The translations under genes and the position numbers were made by a program. This document shows, piece after piece, positions 61,001 through 64,000 of a stretch of 64,000 nt of DNA. Position 1 is the first letter of the stretch. Each line of letters begins with the position of its first letter. The DNA is taken from positions 5,496,862 to 5,560,861 of the forward strand of contig SMSO01000025.1 in NCBI GenBank assembly GCA_004764695.1, given 5' to 3'. The notes under the pieces are model-generated. The model saw nothing but the letters and a program-made list of their open reading frames with translations, searched no databases and was not told the origin of the DNA. The DNA is from Schizochytrium sp. TIO01. Taxonomy: Eukaryota; Protista; Bigyra: Labyrinthulomycetes.

Positions 61001-63189
61001 CTTTCTCACTCACTCACTCACTCACTCACTCACTCACTCACGTAATTGACGGACAGGGCTCATTAGAGCGAGCTCTGTGCGATGCGCGACGAATGCCATC
61101 GCTGCGAACGAAGGTTGGTTGGTTAGTGCAAGCAACGCGCTCGAGCAAGGCGTTTGGTCTCGTTCGTTTTGCAACAACGAGAGAAAACACGCGCGGGAGC
61201 CAAAGTGGAACGAATAATGGGAGGGGAAACCTGCGAATCAAAATGATCGATTCGAGTGCATCGAAGCCGTCGTCGTCCTCGAAAGCGTAGCTAAGCAGGC
61301 TTCCTGTAGGTAGCGAGCTTCCTGCAGTTGGTTAGCTTCCTTCAGAGAGGAAGCCCTGCCTGCATGCTCACAAACTAGTTGGAAGCGGCCCGGCCACACA
61401 TGCTTTCTGTGCAAGCTTTGGAAGCTTTGGAAGCTTCGAAAGCTTTTTGAGCTTTGCGAATCGAAATCAAAGCCAATCGATCAATCAGTCGAGTTCATCC
61501 TTGTTTTTTTAATTATTTTAATTATTATTATTAATGGAAAGGCGAATGTGCATCGTTTGACGAGCCAGACGATTGGACGGTAAGGTGGGCTGGTTTGGGG
61601 CCGAAACAGCGCTCGTGAGGCAGAAGAAGAACGAAGCGACGGCGTCTCGAGATGGTCTTGAGCTCCCTCGTATGAGACATGGAGGGATGGAGGGAGGGCT
61701 GCTGTTTTGTTTGGTTTTTGTTTTTGTTTTCAGGGATGAAACGAAAGAGGAGAGGACTTGAAAAGAGTTTTTATTATTGTCGACTTTTAGTTTTTTGTAA
61801 AAAAGAGGGGAAAGAATGAAAAGTCGATCTTTGGGTTTTACTTTTAATTGGATAAAGCTTTAAGTCTTAAAAGTCTTAAAGAAAACAAAAACATTTTGTT
61901 ACAAAACATTATGCTTTTGTAAAATTGTCGCATTCACATTTACAATCTAACTTAACACCCCCATTCAAAATTATTCTGGTTTGGTGGGTTAGTTTCTTGA
62001 ACTTTGATTTTTATTCAATGAAGAATTGCGAGCACTGGCCAGCGCTTTGGCGAACCTATCTCTAGAGATTTTGAATCAAAGGGGAGGGAGGAATGCTGGA
62101 AGGACCGAATGTAGACGTCACACTGTATCATGAACAACTAATAAATTGTGGCATATGCAGCAAGGTTTTGAACAGACTTATACAAATGCTGAAGGGGGTC
62201 GCACGTGCAGAAAACGAAATTATTCACCATATTACTTTTTATTTCCGCATGTATGCATTGATTCATTACCTTCAATATATTTATGCAAACTCGCCTCTAT
62301 TGATTTACAAAGAATGTTGCTGGCATGCCATGCATGCATACATACATATATGCCGCGGCTCTCTTGCAAAGTGTTCTCCCTCCTCTTTCTGCTTCTGAGA
62401 AAGAGCACCTGCCGACCTAGGCATTGAAGCCTCCTTGTGCGAAACCTGGAGAGCCTGTTTGTTTGCACGTCCATCCTCAGCTAGAAATTTTGCAACGTCT
62501 CTTGCTCCACGTTTGGTCGCGAGTAGAACGCCTCGAACCAGCCATTGCACCTGCAACAAATATCAGCAGCCGTCAAGAAGAGTGAAGTCGCCCGCCTGTC
62601 TCTACCTGCAGACCAAAAGGACCGGGCATCTCAGGAGGAGGAGGGGCGGAAGCCTTCCCTCCTTCCCTCCTTCCTCCCTTCCTTCCTTCCTTTCGCCACT
62701 TCCATGGTGCGATGAATGGATCAATCATCGATGATCAACACCGCCACAACTAACTTCAACAATATAAAAATAGGTACGGCTACCTTGTGCACTCTCTAGA
62801 GTAGGGGTTCCCAAGTCGCAGACGTCTCCCCTAGGAGCGCAGAGTGCCACCCGAGGCCCCAACAAAGACTCAAGCGAGGTTCCCGAGCTCGAAACCTCCT
62901 TCGCCGCAGCTTCGAATCAACCCCGGCGAGTCTGAACGGCGTAGATTGGTTGTGGAATGTAGCACCAGAGAGCCGAGGAAGCCAACCATTCGTTCCCTTC
63001 CTCGTGGACCCTCAAGTCCTCGCTCTTGAGGCCGATGCCTGAGTCCTCAACGCATTGGCGATAACGAAGACCTCCTCAGCCATGGCTACCGCGCTACTCT
63101 CTACCAGCATCGCGGGAGAACGAACCGCGTCGAAAACGTCGCAGCGGTCGACAGAAGGAACGCCGAGCAGATCAGATCGGGCTGGAGGC

Positions 63190-63220
<31 letters not shown>

Positions 63221-64000
63221 CGCTCTTCTTGCGCAAGCCGAACCGCGAGGTCGAGCTGCATCATCAGCCTGCATGGAAGCGTCCCTGGCCATGGAAGACT
63301 TCTTCGATGTCGAACGGAGAATGAGGAGGTGCGGCGAGAGGCACGCGGAAGCGGGGAGGGGACGAGAGCAGGAGCGAGGCTCCTGAGGAGAAACAGGAGC
63401 AGAGTCAGATGCTCCAGGCCCGGGACCCGAACTGCAGCGCCAAGACTCCCGAGGAGAGGCGGTTTGAGAGCGAAGAAGGAAAGTTGAGAACGCTCAGACT
63501 CTGCAACGATGCAGGCCTGAGTCCACCTACTACCACCCACTGCAGGGCAGGAGGAGAGCGCGCAGCAGCGAAAGAGGAAATGGAGAAGCGCACTCAAGCT
63601 GGTACCGTAGGAGGTGAGCATGCGAGGGAGTGCGTCGCGCGGGGAGCGTAGTTTTGGAAACCCATATGGTGTCAATTGTTGCGAAGGCTTTCCATTTCCT
63701 AAAAGGATCCTTTTATTTAGGGTTTTTGAACTTTGAATCACAAACTTTAAGTTACGATTTGTTCAAAGATAGAGAATTTGAAATTTAAAAAACAAAATGT
63801 TTTCGTATGGACTACTTTAACTAGAACCATCAAATCTACTTTGTTTTAAAAATACATTCTAAAAAATCACTTTTCAATGTAAAAATTAAAAGAAGAACGC
63901 AACGCACACTCTTTTTCACTGTAACTAGATATGATATTATAGATAGAATCATGCGATGGAATGAAAATTAACAAGAAAGGGCGAGCCACCTATAAATCCT

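Overview
Eukaryotic nuclear DNA with intron-poor genes separated by long, microsatellite-dense non-coding tracts. An axonemal gene and this overall style suggest a flagellated protist such as a thraustochytrid/labyrinthulomycete, which is an inference only. Supported genes: (1) a partial minus-strand helical-repeat protein (863 to <1, absent from the ORF track); (2) a ~1760-aa axonemal dynein light-chain-domain (AXDND1-like)/IQ protein split by one frameshift at ~3623; (3) a pyruvate dehydrogenase E3-binding protein (PDHX-like, catalytic His absent); (4) a KCTD9-like BTB-pentapeptide protein; (5) a tRNA-Val(GAC); (6) a PCO/ADO-family thiol dioxygenase. The stand-out feature is an intact 4,489-bp DNA transposon (10961-15449) with CCCTGGCTA terminal inverted repeats, a non-canonical TTAG target-site duplication and covarying subterminal palindromes. 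Its single 1171-aa ORF is a piggyBac-type DDD transposase with a complete YqaJ/lambda-exonuclease-like PD-(D/E)xK nuclease, itself interrupted by a SAP-like domain, inserted between the 2nd and 3rd catalytic aspartates. Three decayed copies of a ~420-bp coding fragment, plus a small tandem duplication, show a possible CpA/TpG->TpA (RIP-like) mutation bias.
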